A DNA stretch of 64,000 nucleotides from Candidatus Krumholzibacteriota bacterium (GCA_963806035.1 CAWDWO010000020.1:1-64000), one strand, 5' to 3'. Counted from the first letter of the stretch, positions 21,712 through 32,047 are shown. The notes: generated by a model not told the origin, from the sequence alone. A program made the numbers and translations.

Positions 21712-22985
21712 TCAATTCTCGTCGGGATTGGGCTGCAGGGTGACCGTCATCTGCATGTCGCCGCTGAGGTCGAAGTAGCGATAAACATAGATGTAGCCCT
21801 CCTTGTGGACACGCAGTTCGAACCCGTGGGGATTCACAGAGAAGTTCGCCTTCCCCTCCTCGTCGCTGTTCAGATAGCAATACAGGCCCGAGCCGGAGTC
21901 GTCGTAGAGGTAGAGGTCGGCCAGAGACACCGGCGCCCCCCGGGATCCAGTACCAGAACCTGCAACTCGTATTGCCCCAGTTCGAGCGACAGTTCCACGC
22001 CATCGTCCATGGGGGGCAGCCTGAGATAGGGTGTGACGTAGTTCAGGAGACCCGGAAATATCGGTAACGCGGGAACGGGTTGGTCCCATGGGTCCAGCTG
22101 CAGACGATTCCCCCCGCGAAGGGCATACATCGCGAACTGAAGGGTCGAACCGTCGGGATAGATGGTCTGCCAAGTCCGGTTCTCGTCGAAGGAGTCACTT
22201 TCTTCGACGATCCGGCAACGAATGGCCCCGGAAGGTACTGGCTGGCCCTTTATACTGAGACTCAATTGCCACTGCACGAGAGGAACCTCGAGATGCAAGG
22301 GAGTCCCAGGAGAGACCTCGAGGCTGTCGGGCCAGTAGTAGCGGAAGGCATTGGTGCAGCAACGATCGATGTAGACCTCATAACGGCCGGCCTGCGGCAA
22401 GTGCAACTCGAAACTGCCGTCGGGCAGGAGGAGTGTCGAAGCCGAGAGCCCATCTTGCCCTCCGTCGGCGCGCTGAACGTGGGTGCGCATGTAAAGCACG
22501 GCGCCATCGAGAAGCGAGTCCAGGCGGGCGGGACCGACGACTCCTCGATAAAGATCTCCCAGCAGATCAAAGGTGCGTGTGACTCCTCGTTCGAAACGCA
22601 CGTTTTCTTCATCCAGATTCGGGAGAGTACTTTCTGAGGGAGGGCGCACCTGCACGAGGAGAGGCACGTTGGGCACCCAGGCCTCAAAACGACCTTGCGA
22701 ATCGCTCGTAATGCTGAGCGAGAACGAGTCTCCCGACGCGCTTGCCTGATGAATGAGATTCACCTGAAGGTTGGCGGCGGGTACGTTTCTCGGTCCCAGG
22801 AGTAGGCCTTGCGCCAGGATCATGGCGGGGTTCGGTTGGGTGGGGGCCGTCAGTTCCCGGCAAGCCGTCGCGCTTAGAGCCAATGCCGCCAGCAGCATGA
22901 GCCCCAGGTACCGCACCGTCCGGTAAGAACGCACCACGAGGCCCTGCAGCTCGTGTGCCCTGGCGGATGTCCTCAGCCTTCTCAT
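21712..22985 (-). CDS. Uncharacterised lipoprotein with carboxypeptidase-regulatory-like beta-sandwich domains; frameshift at C6 run 21936-21941
   Basis: Lipobox LSATAC. Paralogy with the upstream gene shows the frame should continue LDPGGAPVSLADL...NPHGFEL...TLQP into ORF 21712. Start uncertain. Confidence 0.65.
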
Positions 22986-24277
22986 CGCAGTGCTGCCTTC
23001 TGAGATCTCGGTTGTACCGGGATCACCATCTGGCTATCGGCTTCGACGGTGAAGTAGCGATGCACGCGGTCGTAGGGGTCCGGCGGATAGGTACTGAGCT
23101 CGTAGCCGCCGGGATTCACGCGAAACACGACGGTGCCCTGCTCGTTCGTTCTCAGGACAAGATTCGAACCCAGCCCGATTTCACTCTCGAGAGCAACTTG
23201 AACGTCAGACACTGGCAGTCCCTGCGGATCGAGCAATTGGATCGCAAGTTCGTACTGTCCCAGTTCGAAAGACGAGACGCTACCATCCTGAAGCGGCGGG
23301 ATGAGATAGTTTTGAGGCAAGAAGTTCAGCGGATTCGTCGCATCGGGGACCACCGAGACCGGACTCAGGTAGCGGCGCAAGCTGCAGCGCCTCAAACCAG
23401 CAAGGCCGAGGAGCTCGAAGACTTCCCGCTGACCGTCGCCTGGTAGGGAGGTCTGCAAACGCGAATCGGTATTTTCCCAGTTACGTATGTCCACGGAGAC
23501 CCCTCCCCCACCAGGAAGCGGGGCACCACCCAGGGTCAATCTCAGTTCGTGAGAAATGACGGGAACTTCGAGCCGAAAGGAATCACCGCGCGTGATCGCG
23601 AGACTGTCGGGCCACTTGTAGCTGAAGCTGGGACAACAGTCGCTAACTTCCACCGCGTAGTTCCCTTCCTCGGGCAGATAGATCTCGACCGCTCCCTCTT
23701 CATCCCAATTCTCGGAATACGACACTTGGTGAAAGGAGCTCCCCGTCGTTTTTATACGCCTGGAGAAATAGATGCTTCCACGACCGTAGTCCTCCACGAG
23801 CTCCGCTACGTCGACAACTCCGGAATAGAACCGCCCCGTATACGCGAAGGTCTGCCGCACACCGTCCTGGAACTTGACGTTTTCGAAATTCAAATACGGC
23901 AGATTCGAGGAGGACGCTGGATCGATTCTCATCGCAAAGAGAATGTTCGGCAGCTGGATTTCGAACTCGCCGTTCTCATCCGATTCCAGTTGAATAAACT
24001 CGAAGTCGTTGTCGTTGGGCGACTGGGGCGATAGCTGTACTCTCCCGCGGGTGATGGGCACGCCATTCACTCCCAACACCTGTCCGCGGGCGAGAATGTA
24101 CTTTGGAGGGGCGGTCTCATTCCGAAACGGCGCGGTGAGCTGCCGGCAGGCGACAAGGCTCAGCGCGAAGGCGAGTGCGGCAATCCAGCTAAAACGCAAA
24201 GTCCACCCCCAGGCGGAGGCCGTGACTCCAAACGTACTGCACCGCCTCGTCCCGGCCGGAACCGGTTCCATCCGCAC
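22982..24277 (-). CDS. Uncharacterised lipoprotein, paralogue of the downstream gene
   Basis: Lipobox LSLVAC; shared CRxLTAP, ILAxG, LPxL..ENV.F, CC..Y.WPDSL, ELGQYEL blocks. Start uncertain. Confidence 0.7.
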   Translation of the reverse strand: MRMEPVPAGTRRCSTFGVTASAWGWTLRFSWIAALAFALSLVACRQLTAPFRNETAPPKYILARGQVLGVNGVPITRGRVQLSPQSPNDNDFEFIQLESDENGEFEIQLPNILFAMRIDPASSSNLPYLNFENVKFQDGVRQTFAYTGRFYSGVVDVAELVEDYGRGSIYFSRRIKTTGSSFHQVSYSENWDEEGAVEIYLPEEGNYAVEVSDCCPSFSYKWPDSLAITRGDSFRLEVPVISHELRLTLGGAPLPGGGGVSVDIRNWENTDSRLQTSLPGDGQREVFELLGLAGLRRCSLRRYLSPVSVVPDATNPLNFLPQNYLIPPLQDGSVSSFELGQYELAIQLLDPQGLPVSDVQVALESEIGLGSNLVLRTNEQGTVVFRVNPGGYELSTYPPDPYDRVHRYFTVEADSQMVIPVQPRSQKAALR

Positions 24278-24842
24278 GGTTGCTGTGCTTGAGAGAGGTG
24301 TAGCGGAAGAGGATCTCCGCCAGCAGACTCGTCTGTTTCCCGAGGCGCACGCTCAGCGTGGGCCCCAGGTCCAATCCTTCGGTGATGCTGTTGGCCGCAA
24401 TCTCGTTGTCGGCGGCCATGAAGGAAACCCCGGCGAGCATTCCGGGAGAGAGCAGGCGCTCCGGCCGAAACTGATAGCGTCCGTGCAGATTGAGGAACAC
24501 GGCACGGCTCCACTCACGTCGTTCCTCGTCGCGGGTACGAATCTGCTCGAGATCGATCTCCAGGCTCAACCGCGGATTGATCCAGGCCCCGGCACGCAGT
24601 CCATAGAAAAGATCGTCGTCGAAGCGGAAGGCCTCGTTGAAGTCCCACCAGCCCACCTGTCCACTCAGGTGCAGGGCATGACCGATCCCCGACGTGTCAC
24701 TGGCGCTGTCCCGCTCGGCCGAGTGCGCCGGGGCTACCACCAGCATCGTGAGCAGCAGGCAAAGCGCCGCCGTGCGTAGCCACGACAATGTCAAAATCGC
24801 GCGGCGACAGAAGGCCCTCTTGGGTGCGCACTCAGAAACCAT
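24189..24842 (-). CDS. Outer-membrane beta-barrel protein (OmpA-TM-like)
   Basis: Signal peptide, amphipathic beta strands, C-terminal Phe (LGVDFAF). Start uncertain. Confidence 0.7.
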   Translation of the reverse strand: MVSECAPKRAFCRRAILTLSWLRTAALCLLLTMLVVAPAHSAERDSASDTSGIGHALHLSGQVGWWDFNEAFRFDDDLFYGLRAGAWINPRLSLEIDLEQIRTRDEERREWSRAVFLNLHGRYQFRPERLLSPGMLAGVSFMAADNEIAANSITEGLDLGPTLSVRLGKQTSLLAEILFRYTSLKHSNRADGTGSGRDEAVQYVWSHGLRLGVDFAF

Positions 24843-25446
24843 AGTGGGCCCCCAAGAGAAAAGAGTGGGCCCAGGTGCCCCGCACGCGTTCGTCCTGCGA
24901 TTCGGGCGGTAGGTTGGGGTCGAAGAGACTGAAGCGCTGGTAGCGAAGCATCCACTCCACTCGCACCATCCAGTGATGATTGAGATGGCGGCCCAGTCCC
25001 AGCCCAAGATCCCAGGCCTCCCCGAAGGAGTCGGGGTCCTCGCTGTCATCCAGTCCCACGAAAGCGATTCCGCCCATGATCGAGGGCTGCCAGCTTCCCA
25101 CCCACTTCATGCCGCGGCCGTGCAGGGCGATGGACACCTGCCGGGCCGAATTGCCGGTGACATGACGGTTGGTGTAGACCTCGGTGAATTCAGCTTCGAT
25201 TTGAAAATGCTCGCTGCGCCGCACTCCCAGACGCGCCCCGAAGAGGGGGGCATCCTTGAAGTAGCTGAGGGCATCGAAGTGGTAACTGCCGATCAGGGGC
25301 CCGAACTCGAGGCTCCAGGGGCCACGGCCGTGATCCTCCTCACTGAAACCCGAAGGGCTCATGACGCCGCCGGACGCGGCAACGGTGCTCGCACTGGCGA
25401 AAATGAGGAGAGTCGCCGCCAAAAAGAGGCTCAGTACAAATTTCAT
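24832..25446 (-). CDS. Outer-membrane beta-barrel protein (OmpA-TM-like), paralogue
   Basis: MKFVLSLFLAATLL signal peptide; FKDAPLFGARLG resembles FDDDLFYGLRAG of its neighbour; ends LGAHYGF. Confidence 0.72.
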   Translation of the reverse strand: MKFVLSLFLAATLLIFASASTVAASGGVMSPSGFSEEDHGRGPWSLEFGPLIGSYHFDALSYFKDAPLFGARLGVRRSEHFQIEAEFTEVYTNRHVTGNSARQVSIALHGRGMKWVGSWQPSIMGGIAFVGLDDSEDPDSFGEAWDLGLGLGRHLNHHWMVRVEWMLRYQRFSLFDPNLPPESQDERVRGTWAHSFLLGAHYGF

Positions 25447-25478
25447 GCTCTCAAGAATGGGCGAGCGCAGCCCCCGGG

Positions 25479-26377
25479 TCAATCTTCCCGGTCGCCGAAG
25501 GCGTGGCTCCTGCCGCCGTGCCAAAGCAGGCGCAGGTAGAAGCTCAGGGTGGAGGGCGCGCTGGTACCGGGAAGCGAGGAGTTGCCCGCCATGTAGCTCG
25601 TGCCCAGAATCAATCCCTCTCGGAGCGCTCGGTGCATCGTCACGCCCCAGGCCAGATAGTCGCCCCGGTCGATGCCGTGGGCGCGCGTGTCCAGCATGAG
25701 CATCACTCCGGCGCGCCCCACGAAACCCAAGAGTCTGAGCCGCTCGGCGCTGAGGGTGGTGAAGGGCCCGGTCGCGCGTCCGTGCACGGGCAAAAAGCCG
25801 TGCAAACCCAAGAGCATGGGAGCGACGTTGGATTCCACACCCATGCTCCCCAACCCACGCGCAAACGATGGTGCAGTCCCTGATGACGCAGACTGAAGAG
25901 CTGGGATGCGCTGCTATCGAGCAGGTAGCCGTTCGCCGAAGCAGCATAGGCCTGTGGATCGATGGTCGCGGCGGAATTGCCGGCCAGACGGTTGTACTCC
26001 AATCCCACCGGCAAATAGGAGGGGCTCATCCTGAGGGCCAGGCCGTAGTCCGAGTGACCGGGATCGAAGTTCACGCTGAAACCGCGGCTGGGCGCATTGA
26101 GGCTGGGAGTATCCATCCGCAGCTCCCCCGTAAGGCCCAGCGCCTGCGAGAGCGGCGCCTTGGCATCCACGCTCAAGAGCGAAAAAGACGCGCCCGGGGA
26201 AGCTCCCATCTGTTGTACCTGACTCAGGCTGGCGCCCAGCTGGAAGCGGGCAGAAGTCCCCGCGAGCACGGTAGCGGGCAGAAGGAGACAGACTCCGGCC
26301 AGCACGGCGAGCCAAAGCATGGGAAGTCGTTGTGTGCTGAGCGGCGGCCGCGAGCCGCCGAAACGAGATGGGAGCAT
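25479..26377 (-). CDS. Exported hypothetical protein, probable beta-barrel; apparent frameshift near 25848-25851
   Basis: Signal peptide (MLWLAVLAGVCLLLPATVLA) and beta-strand-like pattern. Adding one G joins LRVGWG to SMGVESN...LSFYLRLLW (ORF 25479..25853). Confidence 0.5.
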
Positions 26378-26423
26378 CTTTCCTTGCCGTTTGAGGTGAG
26401 AACCGGTCCGGCAAGTATAGCAC

Positions 26424-26450
26424 AAGCCCGCCCCCAAAGGGGACGGGCTT
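26424..26450 (-). terminator. Stem-loop downstream of the Cys-rich protein gene
   Basis: AAGCCCG-CCCC-CAAA-GGGG-ACGGGCTT inverted repeat ~35 nt after the stop. Confidence 0.6.
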
Positions 26451-26483
26451 TGCCAACTCCTGAAGTTCGCGAAGGAGGGCGAA

Positions 26484-27095
26484 TTACTCGCCGGTGTGCT
26501 CCTGAACCTTCTTGCTCATCTCCTTGGCCTTTTCCGGCGCCGGGGGAGCGGGAGGCGTGGCGGCGGCCACCTCGTAATTCTTGACGAAGCCATCCAACAG
26601 AGCCGTGTCATCGCTCGTGGCGATGAACTCCACCCCGTCCTCGATGCTCTTCATCTCGACCTTACAGTTTTCGGCCGTGATCATCTTCTGGGCCAGGGGG
26701 CAGTGGAAATTCGCGAGTTCACCGTTGGCCTGCGAATGAAGCTTGGCAACGGCGTCGGTGTTCTTCCCGTGGTAGCGGACGACCAGCTCCGAGGGAGAGA
26801 CACGCTCGGTGTCGAAAGAAACCGCGCACTTGCCAGCGCAAACCTTGTCGCCCATGCAGGCGGCCGCGGTCTGAGCCTTGCCACTCATGGGACAGCTGGT
26901 TCCAGCGGCAGTGGCCTTCATGTCCTTGCTGCAGCTGGCGGAAGCGGTGCTGGCCTTGGCGCCCTTCATGGGACAGGAAGCACTCGCGGTGGACGCCTTG
27001 GCGCCCTTCTTGTCACAGGCGAGAGCCCCGGTGGCAAGCATGGCCACGAAGCTCAGGACGATGAGAGTAACGATCGGGAGTCGGGATGAGCGCAT
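26484..27095 (-). CDS. Exported Cys-rich low-complexity protein
   Basis: Signal peptide ending ALA-C; KGAKASTASASC repeats; CPM motifs; strong coding-like codon bias. Confidence 0.75.
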   Translation of the reverse strand: MRSSRLPIVTLIVLSFVAMLATGALACDKKGAKASTASASCPMKGAKASTASASCSKDMKATAAGTSCPMSGKAQTAAACMGDKVCAGKCAVSFDTERVSPSELVVRYHGKNTDAVAKLHSQANGELANFHCPLAQKMITAENCKVEMKSIEDGVEFIATSDDTALLDGFVKNYEVAAATPPAPPAPEKAKEMSKKVQEHTGE

Positions 27096-27292
27096 GAGTT
27101 CTGGGTCTCCTTGCCGGGGATGGATGCGATCTCGAGCCCCTGCGGGTGGATGGATTCCACCCGGGGCGTAGGCTTTAATCTAACGAAGATGGTACGACGC
27201 TTCCAAGAACCTGTTCCCCGCTCGTTTACGATTGCTGCCAGCGGTGAGCTGTCGAATTCTCCTAACTTACTTTAGAACAACAGATTGAGAAT

Positions 27293-28075
27293 TCAGCTCG
27301 AGGGACTACCGGCCGCCGCCCGAACGGCGCTCTGCCGGTCCGAGAGCTCCTGGGCCCTCCGCGCCACCACCAGATGCGCCACCCCCAGAGTCTGCCGGCG
27401 CACCAGGATTTCCCGCGAAAAGCCGGCGCGCCGTAGGGCCGTCAGAAATTCCGGCACCGTCAGAAAGCGCGCCATCGAGCGCGGCAAATAGGTGTAGGCG
27501 CCCTCGTCCTTGCCCACCACTTTGCCCAACAAGGGCACCACGCGCTCGAGGTACAGTTCCAGCGGAGCCCGCGCCCAGGCGCGCCGCGGGCGGAAGAACT
27601 CCAGCACGAGGAGCTGACCGTCGGGGCGCAGGACTCGCGCGATCTCGGCCAGACCCCGTTCGAGTTCTCCCAGATTCCGCAGCCCAAAGGCCACCATGAC
27701 CGCGTCGAAAGCCGCATCGGGCAGGGGCAAACGCTGGGTATCCGCGGCCACCACCGCGCACTCGCGCAACAATTGGTTGTCCTCATTGCCGGCCTGGAGC
27801 ATGGGGAGACAGAAATCGGCGGCCAGGTGACGACGGCCCTTCCCCATTGCCTTGGCGGTGAGCAGGAGTTCGCCGGTCCCGCTGCAAACATCCAGAAGAT
27901 CGACCGCGGAGGGATCGATCTCGCGCGCCAGATCGCGCCGCCACACCGCGTCCCGGCCCAGACTGAGAATGCCGTTCATGCGGTCGTAGACGCGGGCGAT
28001 GCCGGCGAACATCTCCTGGATCGCCCGATCATGGCCCTTTGGATCCTGGCGCGTGGTATTCTGATATGGGCTCAT
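27293..28075 (-). CDS. menG: Demethylmenaquinone methyltransferase (UbiE/MenG)
   Basis: MFAGIARVYDRMNGILSLG, LDVCSGTG, FGLRN, LEF, AYTYLPRS. Confidence 0.88.
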   Translation of the reverse strand: MSPYQNTTRQDPKGHDRAIQEMFAGIARVYDRMNGILSLGRDAVWRRDLAREIDPSAVDLLDVCSGTGELLLTAKAMGKGRRHLAADFCLPMLQAGNEDNQLLRECAVVAADTQRLPLPDAAFDAVMVAFGLRNLGELERGLAEIARVLRPDGQLLVLEFFRPRRAWARAPLELYLERVVPLLGKVVGKDEGAYTYLPRSMARFLTVPEFLTALRRAGFSREILVRRQTLGVAHLVVARRAQELSDRQSAVRAAAGSPSS

Positions 28076-28216
28076 TTTCCTCGTTTCCGCCCCGATTCCG
28101 GCTAGATGTGGATAGGACAAGACGGAGACTGGCGCCAGGCCCTAGCTCTCGACTAAGATGGCGCCCGCCGGTCGAAGCACCAGCGTGGCCCACATGTTGC
28201 CTCTTTCGCCCCAATC

Positions 28217-29146
28217 ATGGCCGAAGAAATCCAAATCCTCCCCGCGCCACGGGTCCACAACCGCCTGCACCATCTGGCAGGCCTGGCAATTCTGGCGGCC
28301 AATTTCCTTCGCCATCGAATTCGCGGCTATCGCACGCCCCGTCCCACCCCCCTCACAGATCCCGACGCCGCCTACCGCTACGCGAACGCGGTGGTCAGCA
28401 ACTGGCTCTACCACCTGGAGCGCTACCTGCGGCACCCCTTGGAGCTCGCGGGAAAGAGCGCCCTGGAGTTGGGACCGGGACCCGATCTGGGAACGGGATT
28501 GATCCTCCTGAGCAAGGGCTTGAGCCGCTACCGCGCCATCGACGCCCACCCCCTGCTCGCGCGTTCTCCCAAGCAATTGCATCTGGGTTTGGCCGAGCGC
28601 GCGGCACGTGACGGTTCGGTGCCGCTCGTCCAACTCACGGACGCGCTCAAGGAGGGCATGGAAGGCCCGCTGGGCTACGTGCACGATCCCAAATTGGAGT
28701 TGGAGGTCTTCGGCGAATCCAGCTTCGACTTGATTCTCAGCCATGCCGTCTTCGAGCACCTGGATCGGGTGAAGTCGGTGATCGCCGGTCTGAGCCGCGT
28801 GGCGCGTCCCGGGGCCCTCTTGGTGGCGGAGATCGATCTACAGACCCACACGCGCTGGATTCGCGACGTGGACCCCTTGAACATTTATCGCTACACGAGG
28901 GCGACCTATCGTTCTCTTCGATTCTCGGGGACTCCCAACCGCGTGCGTCCCGATGACTACATGGAACTTCTGACGCGCAACGGCTGGAAGGAAGTGCGCT
29001 TCTTTCCACGAAGAGTGCTGCCACCGGAGTACATCGAGCGAGTGGAGCCTACTCTGGCCAAACGCTTCCGCGGTGACCCCGAACATCTGGGGTGGTTGAG
29101 TGTGGTGCTCTGCGCGCGTTACGGCGGGGGGGATGGCGATGCCTGA
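28217..29146 (+). CDS. Class I SAM-dependent methyltransferase
   Basis: LELGPG motif I, FDLILSHAVFEHL, RPGA, NRVR. Confidence 0.8.
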   Translation: MAEEIQILPAPRVHNRLHHLAGLAILAANFLRHRIRGYRTPRPTPLTDPDAAYRYANAVVSNWLYHLERYLRHPLELAGKSALELGPGPDLGTGLILLSKGLSRYRAIDAHPLLARSPKQLHLGLAERAARDGSVPLVQLTDALKEGMEGPLGYVHDPKLELEVFGESSFDLILSHAVFEHLDRVKSVIAGLSRVARPGALLVAEIDLQTHTRWIRDVDPLNIYRYTRATYRSLRFSGTPNRVRPDDYMELLTRNGWKEVRFFPRRVLPPEYIERVEPTLAKRFRGDPEHLGWLSVVLCARYGGGDGDA

Positions 29147-30455
29147 GTCGCGCCCTTCGCGGATACCGGCCTGGGTGTTCTTTGCGGGACTGATCGCTCT
29201 CTCGTTCGCGTTCTACTGGCGAATTCTCGACAATCCCTTCTGGGACCCCGAAGATTTCAACTTCCTGCATACGGCCATCTTGAACGCGGGCAACCCCTCG
29301 CGACTCTTCGCGGCCAACGCGGCCGAGCGCTTTCACCCCGTGCCGCTCCTGTTCTTCCAGCTCGAGTACCGCTTCTTCGGCCTGAACCCAGTCGGCTACT
29401 ACGCGGTGAACCTGCTCGTCCACGCCATCAACGCGATTCTGGTCGACCTTCTGGTAATGGTTCTCTTGGGCGACCGGCGAATCGCCCGGCTGGCCAGCGT
29501 GTTCTTCGTCTTGGGAGTGGGCAGCTACGGCAAGGCGATCATGTTCGTGGCGGGGATCGAGAATCTCATCATCACTACTCTCTATCTGCTCATCCTCAAT
29601 CTCTACATCCGCAACGACCTGAACGAGAAGGGGCGCGTTCTCTCTCCGCGCTACGCGCTGGTGCTCCTGCTCTTCCTCCTGGCGAGCTACGCCAGACCGA
29701 CCGCGTTCAGTCTCGTGTTGGGCCTTCTGGCCTACAAAGTGTTCTTTCGCACCGCCCGCGGACCGGACCGCAAATTGTTGGAGCCCAACCTGGTGATTCT
29801 CGTGGCCGGCGCGGTGCTGTTCTGGATTCTGCGTGAGCTTTCCGGCGCCACCGATTTCAGCCACGAGCTGGCCGGCGCTCGGCCCTGGACCTTCACCGTG
29901 CGCTTTTTGGGGAACATGGTGAACTACATCATTCACATGTTCTTCCCCCTGCACGTGAGCCACCTGGTGACCATGGGGAATCCGGTGGTTCGTGGCCTCT
30001 ACGACGCAGCGCCCGTCATCCGTTGGTTCATCGGACTCAGCATCCTCTCCTACGGATTCTTCGGCTTCGTGTTCGGCAATCGCGCGCTGCGTTTCTTCAT
30101 CACCTGGACCTTCATCTCGATCCTCCCCTTCTCCGCGCTGAGCTTTCCCGACGACTGGCTGAACATCCGCTACCTGTATCAGGTCTCCATCGGCTTCAAC
30201 TTCATCCTCGCCTCGGGAACCATTTACACCATGGACCTGCTGCATCGCCGCCGCTGGCGCAGGTTCATTCCCTACGCGGCGCCGATGCTCTTCGTCCTGC
30301 TCTCCTTCTACATCATGACCAAGCTGGATCAGAAGTACGAGCGCGAGCGCCGAGACCCACGGGTGCGCGCGATGCTGAAGGAAGTTCGCGAGCAGAGAGA
30401 GATTCAGGCGATCAAGGCGCCGGCAACGGCACCTTCAACAACCTCAGACCATTGA
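29139..30455 (+). CDS. GT-C-fold polytopic membrane glycosyltransferase (ArnT/TMTC-like)
   Basis: First TM followed by EDF, F.P, FGLNPVGYYAVNLLVHAIN, RYLY; about 10 TM helices. Confidence 0.7.
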   Translation: MPESRPSRIPAWVFFAGLIALSFAFYWRILDNPFWDPEDFNFLHTAILNAGNPSRLFAANAAERFHPVPLLFFQLEYRFFGLNPVGYYAVNLLVHAINAILVDLLVMVLLGDRRIARLASVFFVLGVGSYGKAIMFVAGIENLIITTLYLLILNLYIRNDLNEKGRVLSPRYALVLLLFLLASYARPTAFSLVLGLLAYKVFFRTARGPDRKLLEPNLVILVAGAVLFWILRELSGATDFSHELAGARPWTFTVRFLGNMVNYIIHMFFPLHVSHLVTMGNPVVRGLYDAAPVIRWFIGLSILSYGFFGFVFGNRALRFFITWTFISILPFSALSFPDDWLNIRYLYQVSIGFNFILASGTIYTMDLLHRRRWRRFIPYAAPMLFVLLSFYIMTKLDQKYERERRDPRVRAMLKEVREQREIQAIKAPATAPSTTSDH

Positions 30456-32047
30456 AGCGCCACATCGGATACTTGATGTCCGAGAGCAGGAGTTCATCGG
30501 GCTCTTGCTCACGGATGGTGAAGGGGTGCGGCTCGTCGTAAAGCACCAGCTGCACCGGCCCGAAGGCCTGCAAGCGCGCCTCCTTTTCGCGTGGCAACCA
30601 GGACACCTGTACCGCGCAGCGCGAGGAGGGATAGATGATCTTCAGTAGCGCAGCCGCGCGTGGTTCGCAGTCCCTGTCGCGAATGAGCCGAATCCAGGCG
30701 CGCAGTGAGAAGTCGCTCAAACAGGAGGCGGAACGCACGCGGCCGTAGCGCAGGTAGGGATAGTCCACCCGGAAGGGAATTCCCGCCACGAGCTGTGGGC
30801 CCTGGAAGAACTCCTCGGGCAAATCCTCCATCACTCCCCGCCAGACTTTCATCTGACGCGAGACCTCGTGCCACTCGTAGTAAGGAACGAAGAGCGGGGA
30901 GACGAGCCAGACCGGCCACATGCTCACGAAGGCGAGGAGAGACAGGGACACTCGCAAGGGCCAGCGCCGGCCCCACGGCGGACGGGCCAAGAAGGCGCAC
31001 AGGATCGCCGCGATGCCCGCGAGCGGAGCGTAGAGGTACCAGGCCGACAGACCCTCGGCCAGCGCGGCCGGCAAGAGAAGGAGCGCGGTCCAGGAGAGAC
31101 CAAAGCGCAAGAGAAGCCGCGTCGGGTCCTCCTCTGGTCCTGGACTCTCATCCCCCGCTGAAGCTGCCGGGCTCGCCCCTTTGAGGCGGGGTGTCCAGAG
31201 CAGCGCCAGCACACTGAGCAGGAGCAGCAAGCTCAGACCAATTCTGACCCCCCACAGTCCGCCCAGGCGCACCGGGTCGACCAAGTCGCCCAGTCCGGAG
31301 CGGAGCGAGGCCAGTTCGAAGCTCATGTGGCCGTAGCCACCGAGTCCGTGCAGAACCAGGGTCCGCGCGATGAGGGCGGGAAGAACCAGCAGGCCTCCCA
31401 CCATGAGCGCGCGCTTTCTCTGGACGGGCGAAGCCACGCCGAGCAAAAGAAGCGGCAGCACCAGGCCGGTCTCCTTGCTCAAGGGAGCCAACAAACCCGC
31501 CACGATGAGCAGGGGGCGCGCGCCTCTCTGACCCAGCTCCCGCCTTCGCCAGGCCAGGCACGAGAGCAGCAGAAGGAAAACCACCCAGAGATCGGCGCGG
31601 CGGGCCACCGCCGGCACGACCTCCACCGCCAGCGGATGCACCGCGAAACCAACTACTCCCCAAGAGCGCGCCCCAACCCGGTGCACCCAGGCTGAGGAGG
31701 AGCCAGAACAGGGTCACCGCCGCGGCTCCATGCAAAAGCAGATCGCTCAAATGGTAGTAGCGCGGATTCAATCCGTGGAGCAGGTAGTCGACCCCGTAGC
31801 TCAGTCCGGTAAAGGGCCGGTAGAAACCGACTTCCGGCTGGATGTGGTCGCGGACCTCGTGCGCGAAGCAAGCCAGGGGACCCGCCGGAGACTCGAAGCG
31901 ATTTGCTTCGATGAGGGGTCCGCTGTCCAGGCCGGTGAAGTCGAGAGGGAGAATCCAATAGAAGGCGCCGACGGCCAGAGCGAACACGAACAGTGCGCCG
32001 AGTCGCAGACCCCGCCAGGAGCCGGAAGAAGAACTGAGTCGATTCAT
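30412..32047 (-). CDS. GT-C-fold membrane glycosyltransferase; frameshift near 31658-31661
   Basis: FYRPFT...GLNPRYYHLSDLLLH in one frame, FAVHPLAVEVV..RADL, SKE, WYLY in another. Deleting one G gives LLGVVGFAVHP. Confidence 0.7.

Noticed and set aside
24783..24793. GACA-A-TGTC (and GACA-G-TGTC near 6137, GACA-TTTC-TGTC near 42127) as extra regulon sites
   Set aside because: Wrong spacer length and located inside coding sequence.
26930..27018. Direct DNA repeats as possible CRISPR or mobile-element remnant
   Set aside because: Only two in-frame, synonymously diverged copies encoding a peptide repeat; no spacers or cas genes.
27190..27225. ECF-sigma-like GGAAC...CGTC promoter upstream of the Cys-rich gene
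   Set aside because: Spacer is ~13 nt, shorter than the usual 16-17.
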